The position numbers were made by a program, and so were the translations under genes. Source: Eledone cirrhosa (lineage: Eukaryota). From it: a stretch of 64,000 nucleotides of DNA. The notes under the pieces were generated by a model, which saw nothing but the letters and a program-made list of their open reading frames with translations, had not been told where the DNA came from and searched no databases. Positions 36,805 through 46,000 of the stretch are shown here, one piece after another. Numbering within the stretch: position 1 is the first letter of the stretch; the number at the start of each line of letters is the position of its first letter. The stretch is taken from assembly GCA_964016885.1 (NCBI GenBank), contig OZ024741.1, positions 355,260,001 to 355,324,000 on the forward strand. The letters run 5' to 3'.

Positions 36805-38098
36805 CAACAGTTTCATCAATTTGAATTAACAAATCTGTTGTTAGATATTTTCTGCTAAATCATTACATGATGTTAGGAGTTAAATTAGTTATTTTGAATT
36901 AATTTTGACTTGTTACAGGAATTTGAACCCATTTACAGAGCCCGCATGTCTCAAATGAATGGACAGAGGTCAGCAGAAATAGGTAAATTTCACAGAAATT
37001 GCATTTCTATTTATATACCTGCATGTCATAAGAAGCAACTAAAAAGATTAGCACCAGGAAGGGCATCCAATCATAAACCATTGCCTCAAAAAGGACCCTA
37101 TGATGTGTATGAAGCCTGTCATGGGGCCTGCAAGGCTAACTCCTGTTCTTGCAGGGAAAACAGCCTTAACCCTTTAGCATTTACATTACTCTATATATAC
37201 TATTGTATTTTTACAGTAAAGGCTTTACTTCACATGATTATCTCTCATAATATCGAATCTATGAGATTTTTATACTATTAATTTTGATAACAATACCCTA
37301 ACGTCGATATGAGTGGCTGATTTAAACAGAAAGAGGTGAGAGAATTCTGGCCAGATATGGCCAGTTTGAATGGTAAAGGGTTAAATTATTGTTAGTTTTA
37401 GTTTGTACCAGAAGAACAAGAACTATTATATGGGAGGTTAGATGTAAACTTCGATCAAGAATTTTATAATCATCTTGTTGGGCCAGAAGAATATTAATCC
37501 TTTTCATATCAGCCCACCTAAAACTGCTCCTGTTTCTTAAAGAAAACCACTTATTTTCTTACATAATTTGATAAAGAACATTTTATGTTAAAAATACCAT
37601 CTTGATAAATAAATAATTTTAGTGGACTGGCTGCTTTTTTTATTGGGGCACTAGCACTACCACTTTACAGAATGGGTTGGGAGCATTTTGTCATTGCAGT
37701 AACACTGCCACTTTACAAAATGGGCTGGGAGCATTTTGTCATGACAGTAACACTGCCACTTTACAGAGTGGGCTGGGACATTTTGTCATAGTAACATTAC
37801 CATTTTACAGAATGGGCTGGGACATTTTGTCATGGCACGAACACTGCCACTTTACAGATTGGGCTGGGAGCATTTTGTCATGGCATTAATACTGCCATTT
37901 TAGAGAGTGGGCTGGGAGCATTTTGTCATGACAGTAACACTGCCACGTTACAGAGTGGGCTGGGAGCATTTTGTCATGACAGTAACACTGCCACGTTACA
38001 GAGTGGGCTGGGAGCATTTTGTCATGGCACAAACATTATTAACTGTTGTCCTTCTATGTTGTTTTTCAGGTCCTTTAAAGAGAAAATATGAAGACTAA
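7047..38098 (+). CDS. STYX: STYX serine/threonine/tyrosine-interacting pseudophosphatase, join(7047..7103,18422..18454,23030..23083,26619..26716,30180..30240,32140..32216,34897..34947,36559..36631,36919..36982,38070..38098), 198 aa
   Basis: Ten GT-AG exons with compatible phases give 597 nt: MTDTACPLLTILDENDRDV-DWSYSMRREMQ-EIVPGLFLGPYAAAMKNK-YETLKKHGITHIVCIRQDVEARFIRPNFLQHFV-YLLLNIADKPTENIIQHFKK-VKDFLDDCFRQGGRALVHGNAGISRS-AAMVIAFIMERYSLSYR-QASSHVQLRRFCINPNEGFVRQLM-EFEPIYRARMSQMNGQRSAEIG-PLKRKYED*. DSP fold with the STYX Cys-to-Gly substitution (HGNAGISR). Confidence 0.95.
7945..8310 (-). mobile_element. RTE LINE 3' UTR and (CAT)n tail; distal half of an element split by the 8311..11563 insertion
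   Basis: Reverse complement of the UTR at 11090..11563; its continuation resumes at 11564. Confidence 0.88.
8553..11563 (+). mobile_element. Young 5'-truncated RTE-clade LINE with 3' UTR (internal ~112-nt duplication) and (GAT)n tail
   Basis: Uninterrupted frame from the end of the AP endonuclease (SQVDYIL..SQHRLII) through RT (FVDLEKAFD, QGSVLSP, YADD) to the RTE C-terminus (RLRWYGHV, GRPRKTW). Confidence 0.95.
8603..11053 (+). CDS. RTE LINE ORF: partial APE + reverse transcriptase + embedded C4HC3 PHD finger
   Basis: 816-codon ORF without stops; YADD at 10097..10108; PHD at 10259..10399; TTG start is an artefact of 5' truncation. Confidence 0.9.
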   Translation: MITYRSGEHTSQVDYILTRRRDRVSVVNTKSHPHEEFTSQHRLIISDLIVRTRRTRQRKRTILRRKIWKLKDPIARNKFQSILLDAFDSKEEQLESYNIEEQWEFLRANLLTAADEVCGWSRPVGRRRVTWWWNSKVEESIKAKKQAWKVWRDGGSREDYQVARREARRQVYFARREAEERKFKHVLQREDQKREVFRIARQCVKENRDIVGEKCVLNDDGILAITDADKKVAWKCHYERLLNEENKWEKDSLPQIDPIEGPAVLVEGSIISKAIKDMKTGKAAGPSEIVAEMLKASGSVGHTMVTRIVNQVVQNGVVPKEWRSSIIVNCYKGKGDALDRSNYRGIKLIDQVMKVTEKVIAQLIRERIDLDEMQFGFVSGKSTTDALFIVRQLQEKYLAKSKPLYLAFVDLEKAFDRVPRSIIWWSLRKLGVDEWLVRAIQAMYKETVSKVRINNEYSEEFSVKVGVHQGSVLSPLLFIIALQAITEEFKTGCPWELLYADDLTLIAESMTELEKKFQTWKHGLESKGLKIHLAKTKVLVCRKENKAAVPSGKWPCSVCRKGVGRNSILCPKCKVWVHKRCSGITGKLTKNIDFTCGRCSGAISSSKCPQNTSSFNCAEGSIEIVDSFRYLGDKISSGGGCSESTVARVRTGWKKFRELIPLLAARGFSLKMKGRLYDACIRTAMLHGSETWALCAEDIRRLERNEACMLHWMCNSNIRERQSINELRKKLEIRGIRCCLLERRLRWYGHVMRMKDDSCITKCRAIKIDGNHGVGRPRKTWDELINSDLTRLHLSKTMSLDRDLWRYSVIEKTRLT
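11564..12063 (-). mobile_element. RTE LINE C-terminal fragment; proximal half of the split antisense element
   Basis: ORF 11596..12093 nearly identical to the end of the 816-aa ORF. Confidence 0.9.
12950..13920 (+). mobile_element. Highly decayed non-LTR RT fragment (CR1/L2/Jockey-like)
   Basis: Remnant ALYIKGIFDRVW near 13385 resembles the ALDIKxAFDRVW RT motif. Confidence 0.4.
14265..14642. repeat. Pyrimidine-rich minisatellite, 37-nt unit, about 10 copies
   Basis: CCTTCCTCTATCACTTTCCCCCTCTCCTATCAATGTG; TGCC recurs at 14301, 14338, 14375. Confidence 0.9.
15727..16125. mobile_element. Inverted pair of tRNA-derived SINEs (Nin/Deu-like core)
   Basis: A-box TGGCAGTATCGGTAG, B-box-like GTTCAAATCC, core GCCTTTCATCCTTACGGGGTCGATAAA, (ATT)n tail; + copy followed by - copy. 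Confidence 0.8.
17182..17208 (+). CDS. STYX: Candidate alternative first coding exon of STYX (MNYEHDYFE)
   Basis: ATG followed by consensus GAG/GTAAGT donor in phase 0, in frame with exon 2; CpG-retaining sequence upstream. Confidence 0.4.
18422..18454 (+). CDS. STYX: STYX exon 2 (DWSYSMRREMQ)
   Basis: Pyrimidine tract + TAG acceptor, CAG/GTATTG donor; conserved MRREMQ motif. Confidence 0.93.
18498..20376 (-). mobile_element. 5'-truncated RTE LINE, same family as 8553..11563
   Basis: ORFs 20113..20364 and 19184..20116 (RT + PHD), one frameshift and a premature stop; (CAT)n tail; (TA)n on both flanks. Confidence 0.93.
21621..22058 (+). mobile_element. Two tandem tRNA-derived SINEs
   Basis: Same head, core and tail as the 15727 copy. 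Confidence 0.8.
21950..22606 (+). repeat. ~660-bp segment duplicated at 29346..30002
   Basis: Near-identical sequence at a constant offset of 7396, extending well beyond the SINE. Confidence 0.92.
23030..23083 (+). CDS. STYX: STYX exon 3 (EIVPGLFLGPYAAAMKNK)
   Basis: CAG acceptor, GTAAGT donor; DSP N-terminal motif EIxPGLFLG. Confidence 0.95.
23450..24652 (+). mobile_element. Decayed mariner (Tc1/mariner) transposon
   Basis: TA flanks; imperfect TIRs TGAGGTGCAATCGAAAAGGATCCGACTTT / AAAGGTCGGATAATTTTTGAACGTACACCA; IITGDETWV, PETKxQSSQW and KVVLTCFFD motifs. Confidence 0.88.
24790..25137 (-). mobile_element. Probable L1/Tx1-like LINE 3' end
   Basis: Minus-strand remnant RIRMEREVL..SKFYERWVKVARMAR followed by a short UTR and AATAAA. 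Confidence 0.45.
26025..26476 (-). mobile_element. CR1-clade LINE 3' end
   Basis: SLKLRRLAMDL..TRGHAYK..FFTLRVAEAWNKLPESVV is a typical CR1 ORF2 C-terminus; (ATT)n tail. Confidence 0.8.
26619..26716 (+). CDS. STYX: STYX exon 4 (YETLKKHGITHIVCIRQDVEARFIRPNFLQHF)
   Basis: TAG acceptor; GTGGGT donor at 26717 gives the phase 2 required by the next exon; HGITHI motif. Confidence 0.92.
28234..29452 (+). mobile_element. Head-to-tail array of about 6 tRNA-derived SINE copies
   Basis: Repeated head-core-(ATT)n units starting near 28234, 28467, 28692, 28935, 29113, 29249. Confidence 0.85.
29346..30002 (+). repeat. Second copy of the ~660-bp duplicated segment
   Basis: Matches 21950..22606. Confidence 0.92.
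30180..30240 (+). CDS. STYX: STYX exon 5 (YLLLNIADKPTENIIQHFKK)
   Basis: TTTTTACAG acceptor, AAG/GTATTA donor; IAD general-acid loop. Confidence 0.93.
32140..32216 (+). CDS. STYX: STYX exon 6 (VKDFLDDCFRQGGRALVHGNAGISR), pseudo-active site
   Basis: CAG acceptor, AG/GTAAGC donor; VHGNAGISRS replaces VHCxxGxSRS. Confidence 0.96.
33015..33452 (+). mobile_element. RTE (BovB-like) LINE 3' fragment
   Basis: EMRCFRNLLGI..LAKTVLQGTVQGGRKRGRQRKRWEDNI. Confidence 0.8.
34147..34473. mobile_element. Probable pogo/Tigger-type MITE
   Basis: Ends CAGTGTACCCCTGG... and ...CCAGGGGGACTACTG-TA. Confidence 0.5.
34563..34839. mobile_element. Foldback MITE / long palindrome (~130-bp arms)
   Basis: GGTTGGTTGATTTGATAACCGGGTGGTTG and its exact reverse complement flank a ~20-nt loop; arms extend to TGTTATACTT / AAGTATAACA. 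Confidence 0.85.
34897..34947 (+). CDS. STYX: STYX exon 7 (SAAMVIAFIMERYSLSYR)
   Basis: CAG acceptor, GTAAGT donor, phase 2/2. Confidence 0.94.
35155..36242. mobile_element. Decayed RTE (Expander/Rex3-like) with inverted 5' part
   Basis: 35155..35405 encodes the C-terminal region on -; 35420..36242 encodes RT (QGCVLSPLLF, FADD, EKFKYLG) on +. Confidence 0.7.
36559..36631 (+). CDS. STYX: STYX exon 8 (QASSHVQLRRFCINPNEGFVRQLM)
   Basis: CAG acceptor, GTAAGT donor; RRFCINPNxGF motif. Confidence 0.95.
36919..36982 (+). CDS. STYX: STYX exon 9 (EFEPIYRARMSQMNGQRSAEI)
   Basis: CAG acceptor, G/GTAAAT donor; ExExIYxA motif. Confidence 0.9.
37170..37380. mobile_element. piggyBac-type MITE (family 1)
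   Basis: TTAA-CCCTTTAGCATTT...TAAAGGG-TTAA; homologous to 6294..6506. Confidence 0.85.
37621..38030 (+). repeat. 48-nt tandem repeat, about 8 copies
   Basis: ACTGCCACTTTACAGAGTGGGCTGGGAGCATTTTGTCATGACAGTAAC; CACTGCCA at 37703 and 37751. Confidence 0.9.
38070..38098 (+). CDS. STYX: STYX terminal coding exon (GPLKRKYED*)
   Basis: TTTTTCAG acceptor, phase 1, GxLKR motif, TAA stop. Confidence 0.85.
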
Positions 38099-38199
38099 TG
38101 ACCACCTGTCACTAACCACAATGACCACAACAGCTTGTTGCTTACTGTTTTTTTCCTCTTTTTTTTCCCTCCCCAATTTCTGGATGTTGTGATTTTGCA

Positions 38200-39460
38200 G
38201 CAAATAACAACACTATCAGCAACAACTACAACTTTGTTAACTGCCAAAAATATTTACTATAATATCAACAACAATAACTGCAACTATAACAAACAAACAA
38301 CACTACTAGCAACAACAACACTGCTAGCAACAACAACATTGTTAACTGTTAAAACATTTACTATAACAACAACAACTCCAATTACAAAAGAAGCAACTAC
38401 AATGACTGGAAAGAAAAATACAACAACAGCAATTACAACTACTTTATTACTAAAAGCACAACAAAAGTGACAACAAGAACAATATTGCTAAAAGTGCTAA
38501 AAATGTGACAGCACCATCAATTTCTCTGTTGTTATAACTATAAAAGCAGGGACAACAATAACAACAACACTATTTTTACAAGTATAAAAGCAGCTAGAAA
38601 CACCAACATCAACAAACAGTGCTGACCCTACTATACACACATTAACCAACAATACTCAGGTGTCATTTTCTGACCCTCTCTCACACACACATTACAACAA
38701 CACAACATTAACCATCAATACTTGTGGGTGGGAGGATCATCCTCTGGTATTTTGCCACCACTGCCACACACACATATTAAAACTACAATAACAACATTAA
38801 TCAGCAATGCTCAGGTGTACTTTACTGCCCAGCCCACCCTCTACATACACACACATTAAAACAAAAACTGTACTCAGGTGTCACTGCTCTCCTCCCTCTC
38901 ACCTTACTATACCTAATATTCAGAGCCTTCACAACAATTATACCCAGGTATCACTGCCAACCTTCTCTCTCTTTCCCATCACTCCTGCCACATATGCACA
39001 CCCAAGTTACCCCACACGCCAAAAATAACTACTACTACAGGAACAATTAGAGCAACAACAATAGTAACAATAACTGGCCTTGCCGAGCATCACAGCCCCT
39101 CTCATCTGCAGCAGCAACTGTCTTGGGTGGGTATCATGACTCCTCGCCACACTTAAACAGCAACAACTGCCTTGGGTGGGTATTACCCTCACCACACCTG
39201 AAACAACAACAGCAACAGCAACAAGTGCCCTAGGGGTTACCTTGCCCCACTACATTCTACAACCAAAACATGTCTCTGACAGATCACCTACAAAATATAC
39301 ACACACACTACACATACCTCAATATACATATACATACCAACCTAATAAAAAGACACACAAACTCTACCATATAGACACAACTACACATACACACTACCAC
39401 ACATAAACACTACCAGGAACACACACTACCAGACATATGCATGCATCAAAACAAACAAAC
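38200..39460. repeat. CA/CAA-rich low-complexity region downstream of the STYX stop (possible 3' UTR)
   Basis: Degenerate (CAA)n and (CA)n; AATAAA at about 39344. Confidence 0.55.
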
Positions 39461-39929
39461 AAAAACGGCTTCAACCTATTTTTTCATTGTTTTATTAAAC
39501 TATTTTTATATTTATTGCAGACAGATTGAGTTGAGTTACTTATTTATCTTTATTTGGTGATCTTTGAGATCCTTAGTGGTATATTAGGACTCTCTCATTT
39601 GCTGTCTAGTTTCAGCAGTGACAGTTCATTCAGCTCAGCACAGCACTGCCTTCGTGGCAGAGTTTGTTCATTCTATGTCCTTCTGCTAAGCATAGTAATG
39701 CCATGGCGGCAGTGCTGCACTTGTATCAGCACTGACCATCTGTTCTCTCCATCCTTATGCAAAGTGTAGCATTGCTTCAGGAGCAGTTTTGTGCTTGCAT
39801 CAGCGATGACTGTTCATTCTTTCCATCCTTCTGTTAAGTAGAGCTCTGCCTTGGGTCAGCGCTGTGCTTGCATCGGTGGTGACCATTCATTCTCTCCATC
39901 CTTCTACTAAGTGTCGTACTTATATACAC

Positions 39930-41400
39930 AAACACTCAAAAATCCATGAAAATTTTTCAGGGATAAATATATGGGCATTCAAATTTCAAGTTTACCAAAC
40001 CTTATCGTCTAAATTGAGCTTTTTTTCAAAGTGACCAATTTGCATTGTAATGTTTTTGTTTTTATTTTTTTACATAAGATGGATTATACTTAGATATACA
40101 CATTTCATACAAAAAATTAGCTTGGATTCTTATTTTCTTCAAAAGTTATGGTACATCCCCTGAAATCTCTATATTGCACAACGGGTTTACATAGATGTAA
40201 TCTCAGCACCTCAATGAAACTTAATATAAGTTTAAAAGAGATATTTAGATGATATTTTAATTCTTGGAGTTTAACTTTATTTTGCTAATAGTTGCTCTTT
40301 ATGTTAAAAAACACTGACAAATGTAGTTAAATTATTACATCATAGTCAAATTGCATGATGATTTAAGAATGATTAACAAACTACAACTAGCTATTACTAA
40401 AGTGAGAAATTGTGGGAAAGGAAAAATTGAACAAGTAGAGGAGGCAGTAACTAAGAAATTTGCTACAATGCTAAAGTTAGAACCCCAACATCAACCATGA
40501 AAGAATAGAGAAAATAAAGTAAACAATAAGTTGATAACAAAAGCTGATGATCTTGATCATTTAGTTTATAAAATGAAGGAAAAACTCACACACCCTCAAA
40601 AACTTCAACTATTGACATTAACCCCTAAATCATTGTCGCTAATGTATGCAGTCAAGGAATTTATAGGATTCAGGGGTACCATGTGAAAGGTAATGACTTT
40701 GAGAGAACAAAGGGAATATTGGCTATGCCAGATCATAGTGTTGGAAGTGACAGTCAGTTCCAGATATTATTTTTGCCTGCAAACAACATGTAGTTATAAA
40801 TAACATACAAGCATAGACTAATAGTGACTAGTCTCACCATCATTAAAACCAATAAAACCTGTTTTGAGATACAACTTTGTAAGAGGCCAGCTAAACCTAC
40901 ATACATATGAGCTACAACAACATGATAGGTGTTTCAACAATAGGGGCCCCCAGTCCTAAGAAACTTCCTGTGAGATACAACTTTTTTCTTGAGCAAAATA
41001 CCTCATTTCTGGTTGTTTTCACAATAGGACTGGGGCTCCTGTCATTAAAAGCACTTAAAAAACCTTCTTTGAGATGCAACCGCATGAGGCTAGCTAAAAC
41101 CTTTGTGAAAGAGTTTTATTAATGATGAACATTCATGTCTAACAAAATGAAACATATCAAATTGCCTAATGCAACCTTGAAGAGCTATATTCACAATTTA
41201 AGGTGAATGTACAGATAGTACAGATAGGTATTTTTTTTCAACATTTGAATCACTGCGGCCAAAGTGATGCATCATTGCAGGAGCCTCTGGTATACACTTT
41301 GTATATGTTTGTACTCATCACCAAAATGTGAAGCTTATGTTGCAGGCTTCAAATCTGTACAAAACTTATGACTTGATTGACATGATTGTTTATGACTGTA
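39930..41400 (+). mobile_element. Decayed DNA transposon fragment, family uncertain
   Basis: Remnant FESLRPK*CIIAGASG.H.V.VCTHHQNVKLML at about 41245..41342 resembles a Cys/His transposase motif. Confidence 0.45.
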
Positions 41401-41409
41401 ACATCCAGA

Positions 41410-42742
41410 TTCAGAGAACTCTCTGAACAAATTGCGAATGTTGAGACGGAGGGGAAACTGTTCAGCTTGGCAGTTTCTACCTCATCTGTTAAATGCTGGG
41501 GATAAAAGCAGCTGGGTGACAGGAGGACCTCTTAGTTCAATCAGGGGGTGAAAGATGCCCCCGAGCAAAGTTTGGCTTGGAAACATGTCCTTGCACGTGC
41601 GGTAAAAGCAGGCATGGAAAGTTGCAGCAGAGACAGTAAAGGCATTGAATGTTATGACATGCGAAGACTTTATGGTTAAGCTGGAATTTGACTTTAGATC
41701 AGAAAGGTGCATCCTCTTAAGATGGAGAGAATACTTTGCTTGTCTCCTTAATCTAGTCACAACATCATCTGATGTACATGAGGTACATCTAGGCATGATG
41801 ACTAACCTCTCAGAGGCTGAGATCACTAGAGCAATTAAAGAGCTAAAAAAGGTAGCAAGGTTGCTGGGGAGGAGACAATTCAGCCTAAGATGTTAAAAGC
41901 CTATTCTCTAGTTGACTCATATATGTTGGGTGACCTGGATCTCTAGAAAGGCATCTAAGCAATTGCAATCAGGAGTGATAATCCCGATTTTCAAAAGGGA
42001 GACGAGGGATTGTTCCAATTGTAGATGGATCTCCTTGTTAAGCCCAGTAAAGTCTATATTAAGTGTCTGGTAAAGAGATATGTAGGTATATTGTCGAGTA
42101 TAAGCTATCTGACAAACATTGTGACTTTTGTTCTTGATGCAACACAGCTGACCAAATATTCACACTGTGGCAGATCTTTGTGTGTGTAGGACTCTGCCAA
42201 GGGTGTGTACTGTCATCTCTCCTATTCATAATCTTCATGGACAGGATTGATAATTCCAGCTGGATTGGATGTGATATCAAGACTGGCAAGTATAGGAATT
42301 GTTGACTGGAATTTTCAGATGACACAGTACTACTTAACTCGCTGGAAGGTGATCTCCAACATGTACTTGATAGGTTTGCTGTTGAATGCTGCATAACAAA
42401 AATGAAAATCAGTGCTGCAATGACTGAGACAATAGTCCTCTCAAGGAAGCCTGCGTAGTGCACTCTATATGTGAATGGAGTTCCACTGAAGCAGGTGAAG
42501 ATGTTCAAGTATCTTGGAGCTGTTTTCAGGAGTGATGGAAGGCAGGAGGCTGAATTAAGTGCAAGAATTGCAGGAGCTGGTACAAGATGGTTGAATAACA
42601 TCCACGAGCTCAGCTGATCTGACTTGGGGGTCCAGCCTAATCAGTTTGAAACAGTTGCTTTTGACAGGACCCGCTGGAAGGAGTGTTTAAGGACTCTTCC
42701 CCCACGACCCTCTCAGGAATATGGGAGGAGGAGAAGAAGAAG
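41410..42742 (+). mobile_element. Decayed RTE (Expander-like) LINE with (GAA)n tail
   Basis: LRWREYFACLLN, QGCVLSSLLF, FSDD, KMFKYLG; similar to 35420..36242. Confidence 0.75.
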
Positions 42743-42819
42743 GCTGTAATGTGTTTGGTGAAAAGAAAACATTAAGAAATTACAAATTTATTATCATTAT
42801 TATTATTATATATTTATTA

Positions 42820-43037
42820 TTACATTAAATTAGGTATGTTATAATATTTATTGAGAGGGATTTCGAAACAGAAGTCGCTTGGATGTCTTCTTTCCTTGCG
42901 TGTCCATATGCAGGCAATGATGATGATGATAAAAGCTATACCAAAGAAGAGCAGAAGGAGAACTGCTAAAGTGCTGCCATCTATACCAGATGATGCCACT
43001 CCTTCAATTAGTGGTTGGCTGGATTTAATTTTGGTTT
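42820..43037 (-). CDS. EGF gene terminal exon: stalk, transmembrane helix, cytoplasmic tail (ETKIKSSQPLIEGVASSGIDGSTLAVLLLLFFGIAFIIIIIACIWTRKERRHPSDFCFEIPLNKYYNIPNLM*)
   Basis: Long T-rich tract + AAG acceptor in the required phase 1; hydrophobic helix then basic residues; AATAAA right after the stop. Confidence 0.8.
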
Positions 43038-46000
43038 CTTTAAATTAAACAAAAATTACAGAATAAGAAAATAAGAAAAAAAAAAAAAACAGACAAGGAA
43101 AGTTGTAAATTAGATTAATAACCCATGCTAGCGTGGAAAGTGGACGTTAAACGAGGATGATGATGATGATGATGATATCATCAAAATTGAATATCACTTA
43201 ACTTGAATGTAAAGAAATCTAAACCAAATTCACAAACTCAAGCAAATAGAAATCATAGTTATACAATCATCCCTACCCTCCATACCATATCACACCAGCC
43301 ATAAATTACGATGCAGGAAGGTTCCATGAGTATGTGGTAACGAACCTGTACTCCAAAAAGGTTAAGTGGACCCTTCTGTCACAATATGACAACTCTAGTG
43401 CTAATGCCATGAAAAATGGAAATTAAATGATGATTGTGTGTGTATATCAGATAAGACATCTAGTCCTGTTTATATTTGTCCTCATCATTAAATACTTATT
43501 GACACCATGTGGTTTGAAGCTCATTCAGACTCTTGTCTCTTAACAGATATAAAGGCATTTTGTACAGTGTGGGACACATTCATCTGATGAGTAGCTCCTT
43601 GTCTTCCATTGGCTTTTACTAGAATCGATAATTGGTAATTGATTGCTTTGATCAATTTCCACTTGGTTAACATCTCTTGGAGGTGTGAAACAGTACTGTT
43701 AGGCAATTTAGTTTTTTCCATCTTAAGTATGTATATTTTCTCCTGAATATTATTTGTATTATATATGTGTGCAAAATATTGTGTTTTTCAAGTGATATAT
43801 AACTCCTCTCTAAATATATCTTTTAAATCTGAATTACACACACACACATATATATATATATTTTAAGATATCGTAGTATTTAATATATTCAAACATTAAC
43901 TGAATGAACAGTCAATACTGACGTGTAGCGTGTAGAAATTTATTTTGTAAGTAGAAAAGTCTCAGCTTAGAAGCTTCATCTGATTGCCAGATGAAGCATC
44001 TAGGTTAAAACTTCAAAGCTACTACCTCTTCTTTATTTTATAAGCTATCTTTATAGCATTTCTGCACTTTCTTTATTCTTATATAAATACATATATTCTC
44101 AGCACTTCAGAAAGCCGAAAATTTGGCTTCATACATTATTTCATTACATATGGATGTCTGTCTGTCAATCTCTGCCTGCTGACATCTGAAAGCTGTTGTC
44201 CAGCTATCTAGTCAAAATGATAGGAAAATTTTCATCAAAGCTTAATGGTTAAAGTGTCTAGCCGGTATCAGGACTATATGGGGTTCAATTCCTTATAGCG
44301 GCTGATGGCAACTTAAGGGCGTTCACCTTATTTTATAACCTATCTTTGTAGCATTTCTGTGCATGAGCACTTTCTTTATAACAAGGAAAACAACAAATTT
44401 TTAAGATTTTTTGCTTAGATTTCTGTTTTTTGCTTTGACTGCATTCCCATATATGGACTGTACCCCTTGATAAGTTCAGTTAGATTCCCGCCGTTCTAAT
44501 ACTGGTGGCTTAGTTTGGATCTATCTGTCGAAACAGCCAGAGCTCAGCCGTCGGGGTCCTGAATCTTTTCATATTACCCACTCTACTACTCCAAGTATCA
44601 AGTACTCTGGTGCATTATGGTCCACCTGTTATCTTACCACACCCTATCTGATCTGTACTTATATATATACAAAGAGAGAGATAGACAAATACATAAATAC
44701 AGGAAACTAGGTGTTGAGGAATGGCTTGTGAGGACAGTGCAAACTTTGTACAGAGGTACTGTCAGTAAAGTCAGGGTAGGAATGGAGTTTAGTGAGGAAT
44801 TCCAGATACAAGTAGGAGTACATCAAGGTTCGGTCCTCAGCCAGCTCTTGTTCATTATAGTCCTCCAAGCCATAACAGAGGAGTTTAAGACTGGCTGTCC
44901 ATGGGAACTTCTCTATGCTGACGATCTGGTTCTTATAGCAAAATCAGTAGAGGAGCTAGAGAATAAATTTGGCTATGGAAACAGCAGTTGGAAGCAAGAG
45001 GACTGAGAGTGAATCTAGCTAAGACAAAAGTCTTGATGAGTAGAAAAGAGGACAAAACTCTGATTCCGTCAGGAAAATGGCCATGTTCGATATGCAGAAA
45101 AGGAACTGGCATAAATTCTATAAAATGCACACAATGCAGATCCTGGGTACACAAGAGATGTAGCGGGATAGCAGGCAAACTAACAGGTAGGGAGAAATAT
45201 GTATGCAGTAGATGTACAGGGAAATTAGACAGTAGAAGTCGCATTGATAGACACATTTTCCCAATGCAGGAGGGCGCTATAGAAGTGGTGGATAGCTTCC
45301 GGTACCTAGGAAATCAGATTAGCATTGGAGGGGGGTGTTCCGAGGCCATAGTATCTAGAATAAGGACGGGCTGGAAGAAGTTTAGGGAGCTGCTTCCTCT
45401 GCTGACGAAGAAGGGTTTCTCCTTGTGTACGAAAGGCCGGTTATATGATGCCTGTGTGAGGAGCGTGATGCTGCATGGTAGTGAGACATGGGCAGCAACT
45501 GCAGAGAATAAGCGATGGCTGGAGATAAATGAGGCAACCATGCTCTGTTGGATGTGCAATGTGTGTGAACAACCCAGCATGAATGTGTTGAGAGAGAAAC
45601 TGTGTCTGAGAGGGATAGAATGTAGTGTGCGAGAGAGGAGACTGAGGTGGTATGGACATGTGATGCGCATGGAGGATGACTGATGAGTGAAGAAGTGTCA
45701 GGAAATACTAGTTAAAGGAAGACGTGGTAGAGGTAGACCACGAAAAACATGGGCGGAGGTGGTGAGAACAGACCTCAGATCACTGAAGCTCACGGTGGAG
45801 ATGACGAAGGACCATGACAAGTGGAGAGATGCTGTGCTAAATAAGACCCGTCCCACCCTTGCAAGCAGGGAAAAGCAGACGTAAAATGATGATGATGATG
45901 ATGATGATAAATATATATGGATTGAGTGAGGTTTAGTGTCAGTGCATGGTACCTCAGGCAATTGTCTTCTATGGAGTCGGCCTAAGACTTTTGAGTGAAG

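Noticed and set aside
37621-38030. CRISPR-like regular repeats
   Set aside because: Contiguous tandem units without unique spacers, in a eukaryotic intron, with no cas genes.
38135-38470. Thr-rich mucin-like ORF
   Set aside because: Arises from (CAA)n low complexity downstream of the STYX stop.
43521-43742. Possible extra or secreted-isoform exon of the EGF gene (GENIHT*, or ORF 43521..43721)
   Set aside because: The acceptor lacks a pyrimidine tract and there is no recognisable domain; the 43037 exon fits much better.
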